From assembly GCA_041660605.1 (NCBI GenBank), contig JBAZWB010000001.1:9295-73294 (forward strand): DNA of 64,000 nucleotides, written 5' to 3'. Source of the DNA: Patescibacteria group bacterium (GTDB lineage: Bacteria > Patescibacteriota > Patescibacteriia > UBA10025 > JAHIVO01). A program made the position numbers and the translations under genes. This document shows positions 13,832 to 22,982 of this stretch, one piece after another (within the stretch, counting starts at the first letter, position 1; each line of letters starts with the position of its first letter). The notes beneath the pieces were generated by a model, which searched no databases, was not told where the DNA came from, and saw nothing but the letters and a program-made list of their open reading frames with translations.

Positions 13832-15895
13832 TTATAATTTTAATTCTCCGTAAAGCCTGTCAAACCGCTTAATCATTTGATAATCATCAAGACCGCCAGC
13901 AACCTCATCATACCTGGCTGGATTTGCGGTTCTTAATGTTTCTCGCGCTTTATCAAACAAGCTTTTTATATTTTCTTCTGACGGATTTCTGGGAATCAAA
14001 ATTTCATAATTTCTTAAATGGCTAGATTCTTTAAATAAATGTCTCATCTCCAGGGCATCTTCAGGTTTTGCCCAGGGTAAGAAGCCTGCAAATAATTGCG
14101 GGATAACTTCTCTCATGCGAACGCGGAATCTCGGACTTTCTTTAAAAAAATTTTCAAAATCCGGGCGCTGTTTTAATTCGTCGTAGACAAGACTTTGCAA
14201 ATTGCCATCTGCAAATATCATGATAGGGGCATGATGCTCTGAAAGAGTTTTGTCTTTAAGGTACTCTCTTAAAATTTGATGAAAGTTTATCTCAGGATGA
14301 TTCCGTGAAATTTTATATAATGTTTCGATCTCTGATATATCAGCGTCGTTGGCAATTTTTGCATATTCTTGCCCTATAGCTTCGGCAAACGGTTGGGGCA
14401 ATTCTCCCGGGACACCCTGCCGTACCATGACCTGGAGCGCCCGTGACGCAAAAAACTGACGCACCTCCCCCGGACTCACCAGATTTCCCGTTTGATTTGG
14501 TTTCTCTATTGCCAACTGGTAAAATGAGAGTATATGCCGAAGCTGTTCTTCCTTATGGGGTGATGTTGCCGACAACTCTTGTGCCATCCGCTGGACAATC
14601 GGCTCCATGCGAGTAAGAGTATAATCCAAATTTTCTATTCCCTTTGTTTCCAAATTTCGTTTAGCCCAAGTAGCATCCACGGTAGTCGCGTTTGCTCCGC
14701 CTTCCCGGGAAACAGTCACAAAAGTGTTCCAGGCGTGGCCCTCGCCGCCCATCTCGAGAGAACCCTGTTTTTTACGTTTGGGCGCGAATTCCTCCCTGCC
14801 AGACTCAAAAGTGCAGTAGGTGTCGCGCAAACGGTTAAATGAGGTTTGGTTCGCCTTGAGCGCCTCAAAAACCGCTTTTACCATGCTGGCGAAATTCCTG
14901 CATACGCCGTTGCCGTTCCATTCTACATCGCCGCGTTTTTTTAACCCTTCACTTAGCAGTTGGACGGTAGTGTTCTGGTCTTCTCTCGTTTTTTCCTGGC
15001 TTTCAGTTGATTTATCCGACCGAGTTTCGTTGTATTTGGTCAGATCAATGACCAATTGTGTGGCGAGCTCAATCGCTTGTTTCGGGGTCAATCCATCGAG
15101 GTGTTCAATATTCAATTGTTTGGATAGTTCTGCGCCCTCCTGGCCTAAGTATTCACTTATAAAAGCATAGAGGTGTTTATCCCAATCTTTTTCCTTTACA
15201 GTCGCTTGGTAGGTAGCCGTTCCAGGCACCTCGCCAGCCAGCTTTTCCTTCTGGGTGATATATTTTTCAACTGCAGGTGGAATCGGATGGGAGGTTTTCG
15301 AAGGGGCGACATGAGGGTTGAAGGCATCAAGATCCGAGAAGGCGATTTTTTCATCATCGCTGGCCTGGATTTCAAGCAGCGGATTGTGGGTTAATTGTTC
15401 ATTGTTTTCCCGGGACTGCAAATAATATTCCTTAGCCTGCTGCCAGGTATCGAAATCCCTGCATGTTGTACCGACAAAATAACCTGTTCGTGAATGGACC
15501 AGTCCGGGAAGAGTAACGCGATATTTACCGTCCGGCGTATCGTCAATTCTATAAAAACTTGCTGTGAATGTTTTTTTCAATGACATCCTTTCAAAAGTTT
15601 CTTTGGTGCGTTCCTTCGCCAGTTCAACGGCTTGTTCAGCCTCCATTCGCGTGGCAAACGCTTTTTTGGTTGTTCCGAAAATTGCTTCGCGTTGTTCATG
15701 AATAAGGCCGGGCAGGTTCACTTCAAAACCGCTTTCCGTTTCGTTGATATCGTATAAGCTCGATCCCGTTTTTATATCATTTGGCTGTAGTTCTCTTTGA
15801 GGCGCTTCAATAGCTACTGCAGCCTCTTCTTCTGGTTGAGGATTCTTTTCTTCCAACGGTTCCGGCCGGCGAATTTGTTGTTCTAGATTTTCCAT
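13832..15895 (-). CDS. Large hypothetical protein (687 aa) with two N-terminal copies of a roughly 50-aa repeat (FxVxLPGLxH...GTT)
   Basis: Long ORF; internal repeat ESGFEVNLPGLIHEQREAIFGTTKK / DGKYRVTLPGLVHSRTGYFVGTTCR; no recognised catalytic motif. Confidence 0.55.
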   Translation of the reverse strand: MENLEQQIRRPEPLEEKNPQPEEEAAVAIEAPQRELQPNDIKTGSSLYDINETESGFEVNLPGLIHEQREAIFGTTKKAFATRMEAEQAVELAKERTKETFERMSLKKTFTASFYRIDDTPDGKYRVTLPGLVHSRTGYFVGTTCRDFDTWQQAKEYYLQSRENNEQLTHNPLLEIQASDDEKIAFSDLDAFNPHVAPSKTSHPIPPAVEKYITQKEKLAGEVPGTATYQATVKEKDWDKHLYAFISEYLGQEGAELSKQLNIEHLDGLTPKQAIELATQLVIDLTKYNETRSDKSTESQEKTREDQNTTVQLLSEGLKKRGDVEWNGNGVCRNFASMVKAVFEALKANQTSFNRLRDTYCTFESGREEFAPKRKKQGSLEMGGEGHAWNTFVTVSREGGANATTVDATWAKRNLETKGIENLDYTLTRMEPIVQRMAQELSATSPHKEEQLRHILSFYQLAIEKPNQTGNLVSPGEVRQFFASRALQVMVRQGVPGELPQPFAEAIGQEYAKIANDADISEIETLYKISRNHPEINFHQILREYLKDKTLSEHHAPIMIFADGNLQSLVYDELKQRPDFENFFKESPRFRVRMREVIPQLFAGFLPWAKPEDALEMRHLFKESSHLRNYEILIPRNPSEENIKSLFDKARETLRTANPARYDEVAGGLDDYQMIKRFDRLYGELKL

Positions 15896-15959
15896 ATTTT
15901 TTATGATGCCCAGGACCCCGAACTATACGCACTTCGTTCGTAAATACAAGGCAAGGAGG

Positions 15960-16003
15960 ATTTAAATGCTGGGAGGATTTTTTGTCAAACTAAAGTTTGA
16001 CAA
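15960..16003 (-). promoter_or_regulatory. Promoter (TTGACA-N17-TTAAAT, minus strand) whose -35 box lies inside a perfect 9-4-9 palindrome, TTGTCAAAC-TAAA-GTTTGACAA
   Basis: Seen directly at 15982-16003, about 90 nt upstream of the 687-aa gene start; operator-like geometry. Confidence 0.4.
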
Positions 16004-16051
16004 TCCGGAATCGGGCTATGGCGGAACAAGTAAGGCTGGTCTTTTTAAAGA

Positions 16052-16135
16052 TGCCCAGGAGAGGATTTGAACCTCCAAGCTCTTGCGAGCACTAGCTCCT
16101 AAGGCTAGCGTGTCTACCAGTTGCACCACCTGGGC
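16052..16135 (-). tRNA. tRNA-Leu (anticodon TAG) with a long variable arm
   Basis: Reverse complement GCCCAGG..GTGCAACTGGTAGACAC..CTAGCCTTAGGAGCTAG..(long variable arm)..GGAGGTTCAAATCCTCTCCTGGGCA: 7-bp acceptor, anticodon loop CTTAGGA, TPsiC-like GGTTCAAAT. Confidence 0.8.
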
Positions 16136-16235
16136 ATGAGCAGTTTCTGATAATATTCTACCTATTATAATTAAAACTAGCAAAAAATCAAGTGCAGATA
16201 GGCAGAATTTGAGTTATTCCATTCAATGATATCTT

Positions 16236-16826
16236 GTGATATCCGCAGTCTGTCGGGTCACACTCGACAGCCTTTTTTTTATCGTATATAATTATCCTAT
16301 GAATGAACCGGAGAAAAAACAAATAATAAAAAAATCCCACGCCCTGCCGGTAATCCTGGTGGTTGTTTGGGTAGCTATCATTGGTTTATTTGCTTATAGC
16401 GTCTGGTCAGGCAAGCAGGATAAGAATGAAAATAATTACGATGAAATCGCATTAACTTCTCCGGAAAATACTAATTCCGAAGAAATTTCCGCCCCTGCAG
16501 TAAATGTTAATATGACTGAAGACGAAAAGACCCAGGCCAGGATCAGGGATTCAAAAAGGCTGTCAGATATGAAGAGACTGCGCTCAATCCTGGATGAATA
16601 TCGCTCGAAGAATGGCTATTATCCCGAGGAGCTAGAAAATATCGTACCGGACTATATAGACGCATTGCCCCAAAACCCCGGCCCTGGCGGCCAGCCGTAT
16701 GTTTACAACGGCATTGGCTCTAAGCCCTATACTTATTACGCTCTAAGCTATGAATTAGAAGTTGGAGACGAGGGGATAGACCCCGGACTTCATATTGCCG
16801 CGCCGGGCAGCATAGCCGAGCCGTAA
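16236..16826 (+). CDS. Membrane-anchored hypothetical protein (alternative start at 16299, MNEPEKK)
   Basis: Single N-terminal TM helix (LPVILVVVWVAIIGLFAYSVW); C-terminal Gly/Pro-rich region (NPGPGGQPYVYNG). Confidence 0.45.
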   Translation: MISAVCRVTLDSLFFIVYNYPMNEPEKKQIIKKSHALPVILVVVWVAIIGLFAYSVWSGKQDKNENNYDEIALTSPENTNSEEISAPAVNVNMTEDEKTQARIRDSKRLSDMKRLRSILDEYRSKNGYYPEELENIVPDYIDALPQNPGPGGQPYVYNGIGSKPYTYYALSYELEVGDEGIDPGLHIAAPGSIAEP

Positions 16827-17058
16827 ATTTTAATTACAAAACGACCGCGGTTGGCCGGTTGGAAGACCGGTTTTTTTAGTTACCAACGCGGGTTTTGTAT
16901 AAACATCCAAGTGAAGCCAGTATCCAAATTGGCTTATTGTTTGGCATTGGGGACACGCCATTACGCTTGACAAAATTCAAATATTTTGATAGGGTAGTAC
17001 ATTGAAGAATTCCGAACTTTGACATTTCATTAAACGTTAGTCGTATAAGGAGGTGCTC

Positions 17059-17610
17059 ATGAGTAGTGAGCAAAACGCCAAAAACCTTAAATTTGGCTTT
17101 ATGATTTTAAGCTGCGCTCTTTGTATAATCAGCGCGGCTGTGATTTTCTGGTCGGTTGGATTTTGGCCGATCGGTGGGGAAACACCTAAGGATCCGTTCC
17201 CGCAAAGGATACGGGAGGTTCATGTTACTGAACTAAACTTACAGGCGGCCGATCAAGTCATGCAGGGACGCCTTCGTTTCCTTGAAGAAAGGGGACTGAC
17301 CCAGGGCCCTGTTTCCTCGATCTTTCCGTTCCTATATGGAAATTTGGAATCACACTATGGCGCTTTGCGATCAATGGCGTCGACTGTACGTTCCTTGGCC
17401 AGGATTTTGCCTGACACGGCAGCCATGAGCCAACAGCCTGAAGCGGTAAAGAGCGGAATCAGTGGCTTGTTGTCTCAGGCCAGAACTTTCAACGGCAACT
17501 ACGTGTTTAAGCACAAAGTGCTGGTGGAACATCGCGGCTGGTTCATCCTATTTGTCCTCTCGCTGTTCGGCGGGATTTACACCATCATTAACCGCGCAAA
17601 GGAGGCCTAG
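17059..17610 (+). CDS. Membrane hypothetical protein
   Basis: AAGGAGG 5 nt upstream of the ATG at 17059 (track ORF begins at a GTG at 17053); N- and C-terminal TM helices. Confidence 0.5.
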   Translation: MSSEQNAKNLKFGFMILSCALCIISAAVIFWSVGFWPIGGETPKDPFPQRIREVHVTELNLQAADQVMQGRLRFLEERGLTQGPVSSIFPFLYGNLESHYGALRSMASTVRSLARILPDTAAMSQQPEAVKSGISGLLSQARTFNGNYVFKHKVLVEHRGWFILFVLSLFGGIYTIINRAKEA

Positions 17611-18594
17611 ATGTTTATCGAGAAACCTAAGGTTCACCGGAGCGGTTTGCCCTACCTTTTGTGGAAGCTGACATACCGGAATTGGATATGGAAAAAAGGC
17701 GTTCCAACGCGCAAATCCATCTGCCCGTTTACCTGGCGAACGGTGATAATTGGCATCATAACGCTGGCATGTCATCTCGTGTATGCGCCGTTAAGGATTG
17801 TCTTCTATGAGATCCTTTACCGGTTCGCCAGAGTGCTGTTCAAGAATGACTTCTTGGCTACAGCGGCGGTGTGGCTTGTAACGTTGCTATTGATTTACTT
17901 GGTAGGACTGGAAATGTTCTTTCCATGGATCATTGGTTTTGCGGTGACGATGTTTGCTGCTGGGGGAGTCTGTTTCGGCATTGGCAGTCTGATAGGCTGG
18001 TTCTTCATGAAAACTGCTCCCGGGAAATCATTCACGCGTTTCATAATCCAGCCTACGGTGGGTGGCATCATCAGGGGTTCCGTGGTCGTGTTTTACCGAA
18101 TCCCGCGATTTGTCGTTATTGTCTACCAGCGCTACTACGCCCCGAAGTATAAGCTTCCGTCGGATCGGTATGAATTCAATAGCGGCAGGAGCCAGGCAGT
18201 CATTCTGCTTCTCTTCTGGCTAGCACTGCTCGGGTTGCCATTTCTTGGCTTATTAGGCGGCGCCATCGGCCTAGTACCACAGCTCATCCCATTTCTGCCG
18301 GTTTTGCCAAGTGGATTGGCCGGGTTGCTGACGATTTTGGCAGTTGAATTGATCTTGGTGGCCATCACAACTGTCTACTCCTACTTCGAACTGAAGAAAA
18401 TGGACCGGGAAATATTCTATACAAGATTCCCACAATATCGTCCGGCACCCAAGCCGTCTTTCGTGAAAGAGCATATCACCCAGCCGCTTAAGGCAAAAGC
18501 TAAAAGTGTCTGGGAAACGCATTTTCAGATTTTCGTTGATTGGGGAAAAGCAAAATGGTCCAAAATGTGCCCCGAAATAGAGTTTGTAGACTAA
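17611..18594 (+). CDS. Polytopic membrane hypothetical protein
   Basis: At least 6 hydrophobic helices; start overlaps the previous stop (TAGATG), which suggests translational coupling. Confidence 0.5.
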   Translation: MFIEKPKVHRSGLPYLLWKLTYRNWIWKKGVPTRKSICPFTWRTVIIGIITLACHLVYAPLRIVFYEILYRFARVLFKNDFLATAAVWLVTLLLIYLVGLEMFFPWIIGFAVTMFAAGGVCFGIGSLIGWFFMKTAPGKSFTRFIIQPTVGGIIRGSVVVFYRIPRFVVIVYQRYYAPKYKLPSDRYEFNSGRSQAVILLLFWLALLGLPFLGLLGGAIGLVPQLIPFLPVLPSGLAGLLTILAVELILVAITTVYSYFELKKMDREIFYTRFPQYRPAPKPSFVKEHITQPLKAKAKSVWETHFQIFVDWGKAKWSKMCPEIEFVD

Positions 18595-18794
18595 CGTCTT
18601 AAGTTAGCACATCCCCCCTGCCTTGTGGAAACGCAAGTGCAGGGTTTTTTTATAAAAAATTCTTGGGTCATTGGTTTTTGGAGAGGAAAATCAGCTGGTT
18701 TAATGACCGGTTTTTTTGTTTGACAACGGTTTTGTAATACAATAAGATAAAATAATTTGTACATTGTCATAACCTTAAACTCTAGAGGAGTAGT

Positions 18795-20018
18795 ATGAGC
18801 AAAAGTAATCCTGGGACAGACGAAATCCCGGTAGGGGGGGTCATTGTCAAATCGTCAACTACCGCTGCGGGTTCTGCAGAAGAATTGGCCCGAAGATTCC
18901 GGGTGCTATTAGGGCAAGAAGTGGGCCCTGATTGTAATATCTATGGCCGTTTTGGTTCAGTGAATTCCAAATCCGTGGAGCGAGCTTTGTTAAGGCATGA
19001 GCTTGGTGCTGCCGCGGCCTTAACATTTGCCTCGGGTATGGCGGCCATAACCACTACTATGCTTGCCCTGCTGCAGCCGGGCCAGGTACTTATCTGCAGC
19101 AAACCAGTCTATGGATGCACTGATGACTTGGTGCGCAATATCCTTGCCAAGTGGGGGATCAAAACGGTTTTCGTGGACACTTCGAACATGGATATGGTCT
19201 CCGATGCTGTTCACCAGAACCGTGACCAGATAGGGGTGGTGTTCATTGAATCGCCGTCTAACCCAATCATCCGCTTGTCGGACATCAAGGCGATCAGCGA
19301 TCTGGTCAAACATGTCTGCAAGAACGCCTGGGTGGTGGTGGACAACACTTTCCTGGGCCCGCTATTCCAACATCCTTTTGAACTCGGAGCTGATATAGTA
19401 ATATATTCAGCCACTAAGTTTTTGGGCGGGCACAGCGATATTGTCGGCGGCGTTGTTTTAACTGCCAGAGCCGAAGATATGAACATGATTCTTGCTTGTC
19501 GGCATACTACCGGACCGATTATGGCGCCGGAGGTATGCTGGCTGCTGGAAAGGTCTCTGGGAACACTGGGAATGCGCATGTTGTTCCAGAGTAATTCGGC
19601 ACAAAGCATCGCTAAGATGATGAGTGAGCATCCGACAGTGGAAAGAGTGCTGTATCCCGGGCTTCTTTCTTCTAGTAATGATCCGGAACAGTTCGCGATT
19701 TTTCGGACTCAATGCACCGGACCGGGTTCGATGATTTCCGTGTATTTACGAGGAGGGCGGCAGACAGTTTTCAGTTTCCAAGATGCACTGGAAGAATACT
19801 TGAAGCGTGAGGGATTTGGCGATTCGATCGCGGTCAGTTTGGGCGGGATCCATACCCTCCAAGAGCACCCTGCCTCAACTTCACATGCAGGCGTGCCGGA
19901 AGAAGAAAGACTTCAAGCTGGTATTACCGAGAACTTGGTCAGGATTTCAGTCGGTGCCGAGGTTCCAGAGGTACTGCACAAAGCCATCGGGTTTGCACTT
20001 GATAAGATAGCGGCGTAG
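18795..20018 (+). CDS. PLP-dependent Cys/Met-metabolism enzyme (cystathionine gamma-synthase / gamma-lyase / O-acylhomoserine sulfhydrylase family)
   Basis: Family signature including YSATKFLGGHSD (PLP-lysine); RBS GGAGTAG upstream; TTGACA-N17-TAAGAT promoter at about 18722. Confidence 0.8.
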   Translation: MSKSNPGTDEIPVGGVIVKSSTTAAGSAEELARRFRVLLGQEVGPDCNIYGRFGSVNSKSVERALLRHELGAAAALTFASGMAAITTTMLALLQPGQVLICSKPVYGCTDDLVRNILAKWGIKTVFVDTSNMDMVSDAVHQNRDQIGVVFIESPSNPIIRLSDIKAISDLVKHVCKNAWVVVDNTFLGPLFQHPFELGADIVIYSATKFLGGHSDIVGGVVLTARAEDMNMILACRHTTGPIMAPEVCWLLERSLGTLGMRMLFQSNSAQSIAKMMSEHPTVERVLYPGLLSSSNDPEQFAIFRTQCTGPGSMISVYLRGGRQTVFSFQDALEEYLKREGFGDSIAVSLGGIHTLQEHPASTSHAGVPEEERLQAGITENLVRISVGAEVPEVLHKAIGFALDKIAA

Positions 20019-20046
20019 TGAGATTTCTGGAGTTTGGTCTTTTAAG

Positions 20047-20079
20047 CGGAAGTTCGTTTTTGAACTTCCGTTTTTATTT
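20047..20079 (+). terminator. Rho-independent terminator after the PLP enzyme gene
   Basis: CGGAAGTTC-GTTTTT-GAACTTCCG followed by TTTTTATTTT. Confidence 0.55.
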
Positions 20080-20502
20080 TAGTAATTTTTTACCATAACC
20101 GAAAATTTTTTTTGGAGTCCTTTTGAATATTAGCAAAGCTCGTTTTTTATGCTAAAATAAAGGTAGAAAAGGACATTGACAGGAGAAAAAACAGACGGCG
20201 CTCGCGGAAATTTTTCAGGAAAAATTTCCGCAAGTTTAATCTGGAAGATTAAACAAAATGATAAATCATTTTTGCGCCGTCGCATTCATTCGCCGTCGTC
20301 AAAACATGTGCATAAGCGCCTTTTCAAACATAAATAATCGCTCATTGATAGCTTAAACCATGCCAACCACTTGCCACAACGCAGGTAGAAAGAGAGGTAA
20401 CTGCTAATTGATTTTTAGTAGGAAGAAAACGTGGGTCTCTTCTTACGATTGTTATTTGCCAATCAAGCACTCACAGAAATTCTGTATTTGAAGGACTTCA
20501 AT

Positions 20503-21069
20503 ATGCTGAAGCAAAATCTACTTTACCGATTATTGGCGTTACCTTTGGCCATCATGTTTCTGCTGCCAGGCTGCACGGGAGTGAAAGCCCCGACTGTCAG
20601 CGAGCCGGAACAGCCGTTTGCCAAAGAGGAAGCCAAGGCCGCGCTTTATGAATCCTGGATCGCCCAGATGGATCCGTATGTCTCCCAAGCCAAAGACGGG
20701 CAGTACGTCTTTGACGAGGTAGGATTCAACGCCACGCATACCTTAATTGCCGGCACCGATTTAGCCGCAGTTCAGGAACTGACGCAAGGCATTCCGATTG
20801 TCAACGCGCAGATGCTGCAGGAGGCAAAGAATCCCGGTTCGACTGCGCTTGGTCAAGCGTGTTGGTATTTCTGGTGGGGCCATAAGTGCTGCTATTGGGG
20901 GGCAAACGCACAACGGGCGATCGGGTGGCTTCGTTATTTTGGAACACTTCCAGCCATTGGATTCGTAGGGAAATTTTGGGAGCAAGTAGCAAATAATATC
21001 TACCTTGCCCATGGTGGTTTTTGTACCAATATGAATTGGTTGGGAACATGCTGGATGTCGACTCCGTAG
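20503..21069 (+). CDS. Putative lipoprotein, Cys/Trp-rich (track ORF starts at 20431)
   Basis: Signal peptide with lipobox MLKQNLLYRLLALPLAIMFLLPGC; C-terminal CWYFWWGHKCCYWG cluster. Confidence 0.45.
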   Translation: MLKQNLLYRLLALPLAIMFLLPGCTGVKAPTVSEPEQPFAKEEAKAALYESWIAQMDPYVSQAKDGQYVFDEVGFNATHTLIAGTDLAAVQELTQGIPIVNAQMLQEAKNPGSTALGQACWYFWWGHKCCYWGANAQRAIGWLRYFGTLPAIGFVGKFWEQVANNIYLAHGGFCTNMNWLGTCWMSTP

Positions 21070-21150
21070 TTCATGAGGTGGGAGATTTCAATGTCTCCCA
21101 CCTACCTTTAACCACAATCACATTTAAATAATCAGTAATTAATAATTCTT

Positions 21151-21444
21151 ATGCATTCATCAATATTGTACGCGGTAGTAATAGTTTCCGTAATTTTTAT
21201 TACCGGTGATTTTATCAGGTTGAGTAAACTGCCTATTAATAAGAGGACCGTTTGGTTAATGTACTTCAGGACTTTAATCCTTTTTCTGTACACTTCATTG
21301 GTAATCATTAACTGGGATTTAAAAATTGTAAGCGAAAGGACTGTTAGTTGGACCAATATTGCCGTTACCGCAGTATGGTTAGTCTCGTGGTTGTTTGAAA
21401 GAAAACATTTATTAAAAAATATTGGAGTCAACGATAAATTATAA
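21151..21444 (+). CDS. Small membrane protein (low-GC islet)
   Basis: 97-aa ORF with 3 predicted TM helices; local GC about 27%. Confidence 0.35.
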   Translation: MHSSILYAVVIVSVIFITGDFIRLSKLPINKRTVWLMYFRTLILFLYTSLVIINWDLKIVSERTVSWTNIAVTAVWLVSWLFERKHLLKNIGVNDKL

Positions 21445-21465
21445 ATAGTAAATTAATCAAAAAAT

Positions 21466-21741
21466 ATGTACAAAGAAATTTTTATTGTAGCGGGAGCATT
21501 ATTAGTACTTTTGGTAGGTTATAATAATTATAGTTCAAAAGCCAAATTTCAGAATATAGTGGCTGCGCGTTTAATATTTTTTCGTTCGCTTGTTGGAATG
21601 ATTTATATTACCGTTATCTATTATGTTGTATTAGTCTGGCAAACATTTTCTGTTCTCTATTATTTAATACTAATCGCTTCGGTGATAATACTTGCCATCA
21701 TCGACCGCCAAATTAAAAAAACAGCAACGAAAGCCAACTAA
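21466..21741 (+). CDS. Small membrane protein (low-GC islet)
   Basis: 91-aa ORF with 3 predicted TM helices; local GC about 25%. Confidence 0.35.
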   Translation: MYKEIFIVAGALLVLLVGYNNYSSKAKFQNIVAARLIFFRSLVGMIYITVIYYVVLVWQTFSVLYYLILIASVIILAIIDRQIKKTATKAN

Positions 21742-21777
21742 AAATAACTAATTTTAAAATAAGAAGTAAATAAAAAT

Positions 21778-21879
21778 ATGCAATCAGAACCCCAAGACAT
21801 GAAAAGATCCACCGCGGTAATTATCCTGGTGATCATAGCGATCGTCCTGATCGCCGGAGCGGTGTACTTGCTCTTTTGA
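21778..21879 (+). CDS. 33-aa single-TM micro-protein (MQSEPQDMKRSTAVIILVIIAIVLIAGAVYLLF), not in the ORF track
   Basis: ATG at 21778, TGA at 21877; followed by the hairpin GACGACC..GGTCGGTCGTC and a T-run (terminator). Confidence 0.3.
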   Translation: MQSEPQDMKRSTAVIILVIIAIVLIAGAVYLLF

Positions 21880-22229
21880 AACAAGTTCACAACCAAAAAG
21901 ACGACCTTAGTTTTGCAGGTCGGTCGTCGCTTTTGGAGCTTTTTCCACGAAATAGTTGCGATGCTTGCTTATTCATCCTCAGCAACCTATAAATAGGTGT
22001 GTTCGGATGGAAAAGCTATATTTGGGCAACGCGATTATTCCAGAGCTTATTTAAATTGTAGGACATTGGGCAATACTGTCAAGTTATTATTGATGCTATG
22101 TTTATTTGCTAATATTAGTTAAAAAAATAAGCGATAAATTTTCCCCTAAGCCGGAGGCCTATTCATTAATACGGCTGGGTGTGGAAAAAATTTCGTTTAT
22201 TGATATTTTAATAATTAATTTTCAAGGTT

Positions 22230-22649
22230 ATGAACCTGAACAAAGCGGAATTGATCGGCAATCTGGTCGCTGATCCGATCGTAAAATCTTTACCGTCGGG
22301 CCAGTCCATCGCCAATTTTCGCATGGCCACCAGCCATATCTGGAGGGACGTGAAAACAAAAGAAAAAAAAGAGAGCACGGAGTATCATCCGATTATCGCC
22401 TGGGGCAAACTGGGCGGAGTGGTAGAAAAATATCTGAAAAAGGGGGATAAGGTTTATATTGACGGCCGCCTGCACAGCCGGACATGGGCTGGCAAAGACG
22501 GCGCCAAGCATACGGTGACTGAAATTGTCGCTCAGAATCTGATCATGCTCGGCGGGGCTAAAAGAAAATCAGAGCAGGACAACAAGAAGGTGAATGATGA
22601 AGTGGTAGTCGAGGAAATCGACATGAGTAAAGAATCTGCTGAAAAATAA
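22230..22649 (+). CDS. ssb: Single-stranded DNA-binding protein
   Basis: MNLNKAELIGNLVADP...ANFRMATS OB-fold N-terminus typical of SSB; 139 aa. Confidence 0.85.
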   Translation: MNLNKAELIGNLVADPIVKSLPSGQSIANFRMATSHIWRDVKTKEKKESTEYHPIIAWGKLGGVVEKYLKKGDKVYIDGRLHSRTWAGKDGAKHTVTEIVAQNLIMLGGAKRKSEQDNKKVNDEVVVEEIDMSKESAEK

Positions 22650-22982
22650 AAAGTTATTTATCCTCCCGGCAGTTGGTTTAATAACTGGCCACCGCGGAGG
22701 AGTATGGAGCTTCATCCGCCTTCGCCTTAAATATTACCGCAGTGATTCATTATTAAGATGTTAGCTTTGGTGGATTGCGCCATTAAAAATAAATGGAACT
22801 TCATACTCCCAATCTTACCGTTTTCGGGGAAGGTCTTCGGTAGGGTTGGGGAATGAGGGTCTTAAGAAGAAGAGAATATAATTGCGTTGCTTTTTACCGC
22901 CACCTCCCCAACCGACTAATATTTGTAAATTTAACGCTATTCACCCCTCCTTATCCAAGGAGGGGAAAGCCCATAGCGATTA

